Shown piece by piece: positions 10,190 to 21,140 of a DNA stretch of 36,516 nucleotides. Origin of the DNA: Octopus bimaculoides (lineage: Eukaryota). Position numbers and translations under genes: made by a program. The notes beneath the pieces were generated by a model. It worked only from the letters and a program-made list of their open reading frames with translations. It did not search any database and was not told where the DNA came from. How positions within the stretch are numbered: the stretch's first letter is position 1; every line of letters starts with the position of its first letter. The DNA lies in the NCBI RefSeq assembly GCF_001194135.2, contig NC_068981.1:108636130-108672645 (forward strand), given 5' to 3'.

Positions 10190-12554
10190 GCATCTTCTTT
10201 CAATTCTGTTTCCATTTCTTGCCGAGTGTCTTTCTGACACCTAGGTCAAGCAAACGTACTGTATACATTGGTAGGCCATTAAAACAAGCACACCAGATTG
10301 TTCATTTACAAAGTTATGTGATAGAGAAAAAGGGGAAGACAGAGAATAATAGAAAAGTAAGCAAATAAAATAAAGGAAAAAAAAGGAAAGAAAATTTACA
10401 GTGACAATACTCCTCTCAATACGTGTGACATACCAGTTCAGACAACCTTTTGCACTTTCTGCATGGATGGTAAACCAGGGATCATTCTTAAATAATTTTC
10501 ACTTCCTTTTATTATCATTCCAAGTTCTCCTACAATCACTGGTATTGTAACCGCTTTGAGATGCCACATCTTTTCGATTTCGATTAGCAGATCTTTATAT
10601 TTTTTGAGCTTATCGAATTCTTTTGCCGAGATATGGTCGTAGGGTATGTTCATGTCAGCAAATAAACTGACTTTATTGCTTTTGTCTTTCACAACAATAT
10701 CTGGTTTATTTGCCTTGATGGTCAGATCTGTATATACTGGAAGATCCCAAAGAATAGTTACATTTTTCTCCCTTAGTTACAGCCTCAGTGTGATGCTTGT
10801 ACCTGTTGTCAGCAGTTTTGATTTTATAATGCTGACACATTATCCAGTGTAGATATTGGTCAACTCTGTCATGTCTTGATTTCTACTCTAAAGGTGCTAA
10901 AACCTTACATCCTGAGATTAAGTGGTCGACTGTTTCTATCCCATCATCGCAGTATCGGCACTTAAGTCTGCACCATTTTTCATCACATTGGTTTTATAGT
11001 TCCGAGTCAATAAGCTCTGATCTTGGGCAGCCAAGATAAAGCCTTCACTCTCTGCCTTTAGCCCTGAGCTCCGTAGCCTATCAGCCAATTGTTCAAGCGC
11101 ATTTTGCTCTGCTATTGATTTCACCTTCTTTGCAACTACAGTTGCTGCACTTCATGCTGTTCCACCTGAGCATTATGTATAAACTCATTTGAAAAGTTTT
11201 TGCTCTCCTTCATAAAAGAATGAAGTTTCTTACGTCTTTCATGGTTTTCAACGAACTTTAGCATCCAGTCGTTAGATGTTTCAAAATATTTTGCCAGTTC
11301 AATTGTGGTGGTTTTGTAGGAGATTTCAAATTGGATCAAGCCTCGACCTCCTAGAGCTCTGAGTAGGTAAAGGCGATCTGTGTCTGCCTTTCCCTGGAGC
11401 ATCTTATTGCTCAGCAGCTTACAGATTTTTCTGTCAATCTTCCTTATTTCGCTCATTGAAACTAAATAACAATGGGAACTGCTAAGGAATTTATAGATAA
11501 TACCTTGTTACGTGCATTTAACTCGGATTTTAGGACTGCTCGAACTCTATTGTAACATTCCTTCCTTATATTCTCTCTCATACTTGCATGTTGAATGCCA
11601 GAGCCCTCATTTATTCCGAGGTATTTGTAAGTTTGTTCCTGTTCGAGTTTTTTATGACTGTTTTAACATCTAACACCACTGAATGTGAGGTCTTCAGTTT
11701 CCCCTTCTGGAAAGTGGTCTTGGCACATTTATCAAGACCAAATTCCATCCCAATGTCATCACTGAATGCTTTCACAGTACATAGTAGTCCTTCAAGCTCA
11801 TTATCGTCTTGCCTTAGAGTTTTAAGTCATCCATATAAAATAGATGACTTGTTTTCTTGTCGCAAATTTTATATCCCTTTCCTGATCTGTTGAGTTCACT
11901 TGTAAGGGGTATTAGGGCTATGTAAAAAAATAAAGGTAAGAGTGTCACCTTGGAAAATGCCGCAGTTGATATTAATATTTTTTTGTGGTCAGTACTCCTT
12001 TAGAGTGGTATAATTGGAGATTCGTATTCCACATTGACATGTACTTCAGGAAGCTTAAAATCACAGGAGAAATTTTGAAGATATCCATCGATTTTAAGAT
12101 CCATGAATACGGCATGCTGTCGAAGGCCTTTTTATAATCAATTCATGCAGAACTGAGATTTCTGCGTTTGTTATGACTTCATAAGGATCATGTGATTGAT
12201 TAAGAGTTGGTCTTTGCATCCATACGAGGCTTGTCGGCACCCTTTTTGTTCAGTGGGGAAAATATCGTTCTGTTCCATAAATTTGTATCTTTTCTCCACG
12301 AGGATGGATGTTAAAATTTTATACGTGGTAGATAGACATGCTATGGGCCGATAGTTCTGGGGAAACTTCGTTTCGTTATTCTTCGGGAGTAGATAAGTAA
12401 TACCTCTTGCTAACCACTCGTGTGTTTTCGCAGGATCTTTCATTGAACAACTGGACTAACTTTTCGTGTGCGCACGGGAGCGAGGCGAGCCAGAAATTTG
12501 GCACCCTATCATTACCAGGAGTTTTCCACTTATGAGCCTTCGTGAGTGTCATCC
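10190..12554 (-). mobile_element. R4/Dong-like retrotransposon, 5'-truncated (element B): RT + CCHC knuckle + REL endonuclease + 3' UTR
   Basis: WKTPGNDRVPNFW, NYRPIACLSTTYKIL, EQKGCRQASYGCKDQLLIN, YKKAFDS, GIFQGD and YMDD (11826-11837). Then GGRGL, EGFILAAQDQSL, the ETVDHLI knuckle region, an RHD motif, KPDIVVKD and KYKDLLIEIEKMW..IPVIVG. Both ends abut (TAA)n. Confidence 0.93.

Positions 12555-12645
<91 letters not shown>
12555..12645. repeat. (ATT)n at the 5' junction of element B
   Basis: Direct. Confidence 0.95.
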
Positions 12646-12648
<3 letters not shown>

Positions 12649-12714
12649 ACTTGCTGCGGAGGTGTAAGCACGTTTTCGAAGACGCTGGTAAGTCTCTGTT
12701 ATAATTATTGTTTT

Positions 12715-14515
12715 CACTCATTTGTTATTGTTTTGTGCTCTAGGTTTTTGCTTAAACTCGTTGTTGGGACACCAGGAATCTCTTGCCTATCGTTATGTGG
12801 TTGTTTTGCCCCGAGAGGGGCAATATTTTTGCCTTCATTGCATACCCACCTATTTCGGAAAAAAAAATCCCAAAACAAACATACATACATTCAAAATGGC
12901 GTCGCCATCTGTCACCGCAGCATTGAGAGTGAAAGCTCTATCTCCTCCACCTAAGATGAAGACTCCTCCTCTCCCGTTGCCCTCCCCCTTGTAGCCTATG
13001 AGATGAAGAGTGACAGCGGCGAGAAAATACCCGAACTAGGGAAACTGTATTAACAAATTTAGGCCCATCATTTTGCTGAATGCAGAGTTCAAACTTTTGA
13101 CCAAGATATTAGCTACGAGGTTGGTGCTTGTCATCGGTGATTTGGTAGGGGAAGCAGAGACATGCGCCATCCCGAAAGGATCTATCCACGACAACCTCCA
13201 CCTCATGCGATACATCATTGAGAAAGTGGGGCTCTGATCAATTTAGATCAGTCTAAAGCTTTCGATAGGGTCGAACATCTATACCTGGCTGCTGGTTTCG
13301 GACCTGCATTCAAGTGCTGGATCGGTGCAATGCACAGCGACATCTCTTCAGTGGTCAGAGTGAACGGTCACCTCTCAAAACCGTTCAACATCATGTGCTC
13401 GGTCCGGTAAGGTTGCTCACTCTGGTCACTGTTATACGCACTGACTCTCGAACCACTACTACGCAAGCTGGAGACGTTGAGGGGCATACCGCGTGACCAA
13501 GGTTGTGGGAAATGCGTGTCGGCATATGCCGACGACATCACCTAGTGGTATCAGATCATAAACATATGGAATTAATCGGCACCGTTCTCAGGGACTATGA
13601 GGCGATTTCAGGAGCGACGATTAACCAGGAAAAGTCAGTGACTTGCGGCTTGGCACCTGGAGAAGCAAGTCCATGCCGTCCAAATGCGTCGTTGGTCACT
13701 GGACAGACGGACCGGATAAATTGCTCGGGGTTTGTTTGGTCTGGACCTCCAAATAGACAAAAACTGGGACGAGGTAACGTCCGAGAGGAAGCTATTTCTG
13801 GTAGATCTGGCAGAGGTGGCTAACGCATGCATCGCGTCCGTCATCTACTATCACTTGACCGTCGTGCATTGTCCCGACATTGGCTTGTGGAAGGGACGCG
13901 TCCTGGTGGTCAGGCGGTCTATCTGCTGTCAACACCCGCATCCTGTTAGCCTGGGCATGCCGTGGTTGATGATGTGCAAACATACGCTGAGTCTACGATA
14001 TCTCCAGTACTTCCTTGAGAGTGAACAGGTGTAGTCGCCGTTCGACAGACGCGTATTTCCTCAGCTAGTTTCTTTAACGGAGCTGCTGTCCTGGGACATT
14101 TGGAAAGTGGAATGTCTTCAAATTCTCACAGCCCTCAGCCAGTGGAACGTCCACTTAAGCTCCTTATAAAGGATTAGAGAAGGGAAGGTGCGACTACGTT
14201 TGTGGGGAGACCTTGGGCGTCGAAGATCAACTAGGCGCTCTTTTCTAGGGAATTTTTGAGCCGGGACCAATAGACAATTTCTAAAAATCTCTGGCCTGGC
14301 AATGCTACTAGGGAGCTTTGCCTGTTCGAGGTAAACTTTACAAGCATGGAAGTGCCGCCAGCCGAGCATGTCCGAGATGCGCGCAGGACGAAGGGACGGT
14401 CCTGCATGCACTCGACCAGTGCCCGAGCATTGCTGACCTGTGGATTTATGTTGAGCACCTGCTGTCGCGTGTAGGACAGATTCAGCTGTTAATTGAATCC
14501 ATCGTGAAGATCGCC
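12715..14515 (+). mobile_element. Tx1/L1-clade LINE, decayed and internally deleted (5' UTR + ORF1 start joined to RT)
   Basis: Putative ORF1 start at ATG 12896 (MASPSVTAALR), then from ~13020 FRPIILLNAEFKLLTKIL, NLDQSKAFDRVEH, VR*GC and YADD (13525-13536). C-terminal zinc knuckle CPRC..TVLHALDQC. The 5' boundary is approximate. Confidence 0.85.
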
Positions 14516-14654
14516 TTTAGGTTGTATTTTACCTAATCTATTTTATTCTATTTATCTATTCATGCCATTTATCTTTACTAGAGGATTTATTTATTTTTTT
14601 GTTTTTTTTTTTGGTTTTGGGCCAGTGCTTTTATTTTCCTATCTTATTATTCAC

Positions 14655-14845
14655 GTTGCCTTGCGATCACTTTGATACCTGACACATGGCACACCGTGCA
14701 CCTGTTCAGGCAACATCGATTTGATGGAGGGAGTGAGCTAAATGCACAACACATACATTTGATGACTATAAACAAATCACTTGTGCAAGTCGTTCGGCAA
14801 AAACCGGACACTAATACGTCGTCTTCGACGGGAGACTCCATCATT
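14655..14845. repeat. Probable interspersed repeat fragment, unclassified
   Basis: GC-richer island between T-rich tracts. It resembles a repeat I recall from octopus DNA, but there is no second copy in the window. Confidence 0.3.
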
Positions 14846-14991
14846 GTTATTCATTTATCCTCTTATTTATTCATCTATTTCACCTTACTGTCTTGGGGTT
14901 TAATCTTCTAACCTTATAATCTATTATTATTTATGCGTTTCCATTTTACTTTCATTTTTATTCTCATTTTAATTTTTATTCGAGTTTTGAG

Positions 14992-15906
14992 CTAGTAAAG
15001 GAATCTAGCTGTCTTAAGACATCCCATTTGCGGTAGTAACCTATCCAACCACGACCTAGATGTCGTAAAACTTAGCTATAAGCTAAGCACTGGACATAGT
15101 GGCGGATATCAAATTTCAATGCCCTATGTTGATACTGTTTGGTCTTGGTAGCTAACTACAATGGTTTGAGAGAGGCGATCTAATTCCATTTTTAGATACA
15201 ACAGTAAGTTCATTCCTATCTTCTCTCGCTCTGTCTTCCTGTCTCTTCCTATTTCTTCTTGTTTTGCTCCCCTTCTATTCTCTTTCTTTCTTTTCCCATT
15301 TTTCTCTTTTTCTTTTCTCTCTCTCTTTTCCAGTTAACTTTTCTTCTTCCTTTTCTCTTCGATCCTCCCCTGCTTGCTCATTTTCGTCTAATTTACCATT
15401 CGCTGCGAAGACTTGGAAGATAATAGCATTTCCTATAATATTTATTAGCGACAGAAGCAATATTAATATTGAAAGGTAATATTTATTCCCACTTAAAGTA
15501 GATGTTCTGATAGAACAAATAATACTGCGGCAGTTACCGTGAAACACACTCTCATATTGGCTTTCGGTGCAAAACACACTCCTGTTCATATCACTAGCGG
15601 GAAAATTAATCCCCGCCAACGCCAGTGCTGAGAATTCCAGGTCACGTAATTTCGGCCTTCTCTGGCCTTGTCAGTGATGGACGCCCGGGCTTTAGGGATA
15701 GCAACGATGTATTTTTGCCAGTGTCATAACAGGCACTGGTGTCACGATTAGCCATTTACTATAAGCTCGTTCAAATTTTCAGTAGGCCAATGGACCGATT
15801 GAGAAAACAGTGCCATGAACGCAGCTGTTATGCATAGCAGAAACAGATTTAAATAAAGAATGCACTAATAAGTAAATATGTAAAAATCATCATTTATGTC
15901 TTTTCG
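14992..15906 (-). repeat. Unclassified interspersed repeat, copy 2 (longer copy)
   Basis: Reverse complement aligns to 5364-5870. It has ~335 bp extra (about 15413-15750) and continues past the point where copy 1 is cut. The putative end has the palindrome tgtcttaagaca (15010-15021) and CTAG (14992-14995). Confidence 0.8.
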
Positions 15907-16125
15907 TGTATATTACTCTTTGAAAAAGACCACTTTAACTGGGAACTGCAACCATGGATTTACAAAGTTAACTGGTGATGGACTTCAGCCTCAGACTTTG
16001 CCTTGGGATTACTTTTACTAATCTGAATACATTTCGTTAACCCGGCGTATGTGTATAAACAGAAAGCTTGTAAAGTATTTTGCCCGGATTGGAAATCCCT
16101 TATCAATGACTCTTTATCCTGGTAT

Positions 16126-16149
16126 ATACATACACACATACATACATAG

Positions 16150-16184
<35 letters not shown>

Positions 16185-16420
16185 GTTGAAATTTATAGAA
16201 AAACAAAAGGCAAAGACAGGTATATACATATGTGTGTGTGTGTGTGCTTATATATATGTATATATATATATATATTTATATTCACACACACATACATACA
16301 TGCACACATACATACACACATACATACATACATACATACATACATACATACATACACACACATATACATATATACGTACATATATATATATACATACATA
16401 CATACATATACAAATATATG
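16126..16420. repeat. Compound (CA)n/(TA)n/(CATA)n microsatellite
   Basis: Direct. Confidence 0.93.
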
Positions 16421-16615
16421 TCTGTGTTCGTGTCCCACCGCCGCTTAACAACAGGTGTTGGTATGTTTAGATCCCCGTAACCTAGCTGTTCGGCAAAAGA
16501 AATGTATAGAATAAATGCCAACCTTAAAAATGTACTGGGGTCGATTCGTTCGACTAAATTTTTTCATGGCTCTGCCCAACATGGCTGCGGTCTAATGACT
16601 GAAACAAGTAAAAGG
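16421..16615 (+). mobile_element. SINE 3' half
   Basis: tgtctgtgttcgtgtcccacc..ccccgtaacctagctgttcggcaaaaga..ctggggtcgattcgttcgactaa..aatgactgaaacaagtaaaag matches my recollection of the 3' half of the octopus SINE whose head is at 5158. Confidence 0.7.
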
Positions 16616-16945
16616 TAATAATTGGAGAATCTGTAGATAATGTTTGCGCATGGAATGAGATTCTAATAAAAAGTAAGCGTGTTTTTTTCAAAGACTATTC
16701 TTAATTTACAATTTGATGGATAAACTATAATGTTTATTCTAAATTCAAACTAAAATTTTAGTTCTTGACAGACATATATTATTAAAAATATATCCCACAC
16801 ATTCATAGTCTATCTCCCGTCTGTTAAATCTATGCTACTTCATGATTGCTTTGAAATCTGCAAAAATAATCTTTATTACTGATTAAATTTACGCAATTGT
16901 TAGAGGGCATATATTGTATTATCAGATGTTCATAGCAACAGCATG

Positions 16946-16986
16946 ATTATCATCATCATCATTATTATTATTATCATTATTATTAC

Positions 16987-17083
<97 letters not shown>
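16946..17083. repeat. Compound (ATC)/(ATT)n/(AGT)n microsatellite with no element inserted
   Basis: Direct. Confidence 0.95.
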
Positions 17084-17084
<1 letters not shown>

Positions 17085-17341
17085 CAGCTGTTGCTGTAGT
17101 CGAATAATATATTTGATATTCAGGAATTTAAATATAATCTTTTTTCCTATGGTAACTGTTGCATTTATAAGAATTGCTTTTACTCCAAGAAATTAATTTG
17201 CTACAGATGGATTGCTCATATATCTTCTGTTTGCAAATCAATAACTCATACCTCTTTCAGCTCGTTTATTTTCTTCGAACTTAATATATTTTAGTTTCAG
17301 AGCATGCGGGTCGGCGCGCGCGCGCGAACACGCACGCACGT

Positions 17342-17342
<1 letters not shown>

Positions 17343-17389
<47 letters not shown>

Positions 17390-17437
17390 NNNNNNNNNNC
17401 ACAATGGCACTCATACACGTACTTGCTCTCTCATTTC

Positions 17438-17494
<57 letters not shown>

Positions 17495-17521
17495 GATAGA
17501 TAGATAGATAGATAGATAGAT
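17343..17521. repeat. (CA)n, 10-N gap (17390-17399), then (TATC)n fused to (GATA)n as a perfect palindrome
   Basis: Palindrome centre TCT/AGA at 17493/17494, with perfect arms 17466-17521. Confidence 0.93.
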
Positions 17522-17665
17522 GCACACTATGGGTGCACAAACACATGTGTTTCTGTGCGTGTATGTCTTTCTAAACATAAATGTCCACACACACCTGCAT
17601 ATACGCAAATACATACATACATCCGTACGTACGTACGTATGTGTGTATGCATGTACGTATATATA

Positions 17666-17932
17666 NNNNNNNNNNNNNNNNNNNNNNNNNNNNNNNNNNN
17701 NNNNNNNNNNNNNNNNNNNNNNNNNNNNNNNNNNNNNNNNNNNNNNNNNNNNNNNNNNNNNNNNNNNNNNNNNNNNNNNNNNNNNNNNNNNNNNNNNNNN
17801 NNNNNNNNNNNNNNNNNNNNNNNNNNNNNNNNNNNNNNNNNNNNNNNNNNNNNNNNNNNNNNNNNNNNNNNNNNNNNNNNNNNNNNNNNNNNNNNNNNNN
17901 NNNNNNNNNNNNNNNNNNNNNNNNNNNNNNNN
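17666..17932. other. Assembly gap
   Basis: N run flanked by TA repeats. Confidence 1.
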
Positions 17933-18368
17933 ATATATATATATATATATATACACATATATATATACCTCATTGAATACGCCAGATAATTTATTGCAAA
18001 CGTGACTTCAGTGAATAGATTGTCTTGGAGGTAATTTTTAATAATAGCAATCAGAATACTTACCTAAGGCTTAATAGGCGCTACCACCTGTAATTTAAAT
18101 ATTCACTTTAATGCATATTTCCTGTTCTGTTCATGAATATCTTCAAATGAAACGTCATTCTTGGCGTTTTATTCTGTGTAATATTAATCTCACCAGAGAA
18201 TTCCCTTCGTGACAGCGACAGAAATAACATCCCCACCATAGACACATACACACTCATTACACGCAGCCATAGAAACATATATTGTAATACACACTTGCAC
18301 ATATTTATACATGCATAAAGGCACACCACATATACATACACACGTATATTTATGTGTGTGCATGTGTG

Positions 18369-18402
<34 letters not shown>

Positions 18403-19329
18403 CATTATAGGCAAATCCAATAGTCAATTAACGTTTCTAGGTCTCTCTCTACAGCCCCATCTTCTGAATATACAAATGCCATTATTTCATTATTTTAAAC
18501 TAAATACATAAAATATGAAAAGTCTTAAGTCCACATTAAACTTGAACATAGGTTTGACAATAAACTATCTATCTATCTGGCTGGCTGGCTATCTATCTAC
18601 AAGTCTATATATTTGCCTATCTATCTATTCTTCCCATCTCTTATGTATATGTATATATATGTATACACATATATTCATGAATTAATATATACATAATTAT
18701 ATGATTATAATTACAGATATATATGTGTATATACTTATATACATACATATGTGTGTGTGTGTGTATATTTATTATTTTTAAAGAAGAATATTATTGACAG
18801 TGACTTCAAGGTTTCGGCCAGTTAAGCCATCGATAATTTTAGGAAGAAGCATATAAATATCTTTAAACAACTCTGCCCAAGTGTGTTACGAACAACTTAA
18901 CCAGAGTTTATTCATAGGCCTTAATACAGACACACACTACCTCTACAGTAAGTCTAAATAGGGATATGTATATATCAATAGCAAGTCCAAGTATTCACAA
19001 CTTTAATTAGAAATCTAGTGGCAGTTGTCAGCAGAAGATGCTGTAATTTATGCGCAGCCAGAGAGGTTTTAAAACGGCGGCACGTCATTATAGTGAGACA
19101 CTATCGAGAAATGAATTCATTGAAAATTTATCTGGTGCAATCCTCTTTTTATCTAGTGGTCTAAACTAGCTAGAAGTTTCCTCTTCCTAATTATTATTAT
19201 TTTTCAGATTTAATGCTCATAACGTAAAGATTAGTTATTCAGTCTTAGATAATGTTGTTTCAAACATTACTAGATGCAAGAAGAACGAACACGCATTCAA
19301 TTAATCTTCAGCGCAAACCATAAAATCTA

Positions 19330-19870
19330 ACTAGCAAAAGCCAAGCAACTATTCATTGAGAGGAACCTGCCCTAGAAAGAATTAAGTCTATAGAGCCCCC
19401 ACACTATCTGAGAACACCATTAAGCCTCACACAAGCGTAAGGTCAATACTTTCAAAGGAAGATTTAGACAACACAAATTTATTCAGGTGTAGTGAAGACT
19501 CTACCTCCTCGTCACACTTCTTCTATAATCTTCGGAATCAAAGAAACAAGTTACCGAACGTTATATGGAGAAACTTTGACAAAGCCGCTCCTTACCCATC
19601 TGGAGTTCGCCTATATATGCTTCTACAGTCTGCAGTATGCATCAGCAAAAAAAGTAATCTAACCTAATGTTGTCACCGAAGACATGATCTCTTAACTTCA
19701 AGCCACTAGCCGCTGATAACACAGAAAGACCACCTAAGACCAAGCTAGCCTATGCGCAATTTTATTGTACACAATCCCTCTTCCCCTACAGTGTGATTAT
19801 TCAGTGTCCTACTTTCACTCATTGACACACAAACTGAAAAGTAAACTGACGCTTCCAGATCCGTTATCTC
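19330..19870. repeat. Old unclassified repeat, copy 1 (direct homologue of 26520-27110)
   Basis: Exact 18-mer tttcaaaggaagatttag at 19450-19467 and 26643-26660, with collinear diverged blocks on both sides (e.g. aacttcaagc..gctgata). Confidence 0.7.
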
Positions 19871-20306
19871 ATCTCGTGAAATATCAGCATCTAATATCGT
19901 TGAATTCTCAAACTCTACAGGTTATTGACTATCTGACGTCAACATACCGTCTCTCTACCACGCGGTAATTGTTTTACCAAACGAAACTTTAGGTAACACG
20001 GATTTAAGTCAACCTTTATTAACAACAAAACTCGAGCTAAATGCGTTAAGTGCTACTTTCTTTCCTTTGTACGCCTACTTGTACACACATGCACACGCGC
20101 ACATATATATACAAACGTGCGCGCGCGCACAAACTCGCGCGTGCGCGCGAACACACACAAATAAATATTTTCCATCAAACAAATTACATATAATATAAAA
20201 ATGCATACACATATCATGCCACGTACACATATAGATATTTATGTAGGCATATATTTGTATGTATGTTTGTATAATATGTATATGTGTATGTATGTATGTT
20301 TGTATG

Positions 20307-20945
20307 TCATTGTTCGGTTTTATTTCAAAATTTCTTGCCAATAGAGAAAGAGCCGGTTTCTAACCTAGATTCAAGGCTCCTTCATTGAAATTTCAACATT
20401 AGCAACAGGGTATTGTTGTTTGTATTTATGTAAGTATGTATATGTGCAGATTTGTATGTTTTGCTTTATGTATGTATTCTCATGCATATAGTTGCATATC
20501 TAAACATATTCATATATATATTTAAATGATAAATTTCTGGGAAGGTTTACAGATTTTTACAGTTCCAGTTATGGATTGGATCTGTAGTCTTCGAATCATC
20601 TTTCTCCTTTCTGGTTTTGAGAAGCCTAATTTCTCAAGATTGGTATTTAGGCAGTGTGTTATATATCCCAGGGCCCCAATAATTACAGGTATAAACCTGA
20701 ACTTGTAATCTGGATAGAGTATCTGCAAATTTCTCAATAGTTCAACGTAGGTTTTCTCATTTTCACTGATCTTCAGCTTTATGTTAACATCAGCTGGGCA
20801 GTTAATTTCCACAACTGTGCACAGTTTCTCTTCTTTATCCCAAATCATAATATCAGGCCAGTTGAGCTTACATTTTATTGAGGTGTTCACTAGGACATTC
20901 CACCAGCACACCTTTTAATTATGAGTGGCTATGGCTTCTACCATA
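20307..20945 (-). mobile_element. REL-endonuclease non-LTR retrotransposon 3' end (element E), flanked by (TACA)n
   Basis: ORF 20522-20911 carries WPDIMIWDKEEKLCTVVEINCPAD..EKTY..FIPVIIGALG (PD-(D/E)xK REL). A 3' UTR runs to 20307, followed by a catac tail. The 5' truncation abuts (TATG)n. Confidence 0.88.
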
Positions 20946-21140
20946 TGTGCGTGTGTATGTATGTATGTATGTATGTATGTATGTATGTATGTATGTATGT
21001 ATGTTTGTATGTATGTATGTACACATGCATGTTTGTATGTGTGTATGTATGCACGTATCTATGTATATGTTTATGTGTGTGTGTACATATTTATGCTGAT
21101 ATATGTATTTATGCGCATATTTATATATGCATGTATGCAT
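20946..21140. repeat. (TATG)n and degenerate TG/TA microsatellite
   Basis: Direct. Confidence 0.93.

Noticed and set aside
12806-12823. gcc-cctctcgg-ggc on the minus strand resembles an HDV P3/L3
   Set aside because: No P1, P1.1 or P2 can be built around it; it is a simple 7-bp hairpin.
18056-18090. ATACTTACCT (U1 snRNA 5' end) and a minus-strand 24-nt micro-exon with a perfect donor
   Set aside because: There is no further U1 sequence, and the micro-exon contains a stop in all three frames.
19500-19515. cctcctcgt, identical to the R2 ribozyme L3 motif
   Set aside because: The flanks cannot form P3, and it lies inside the unclassified repeat, whose second copy lacks it.
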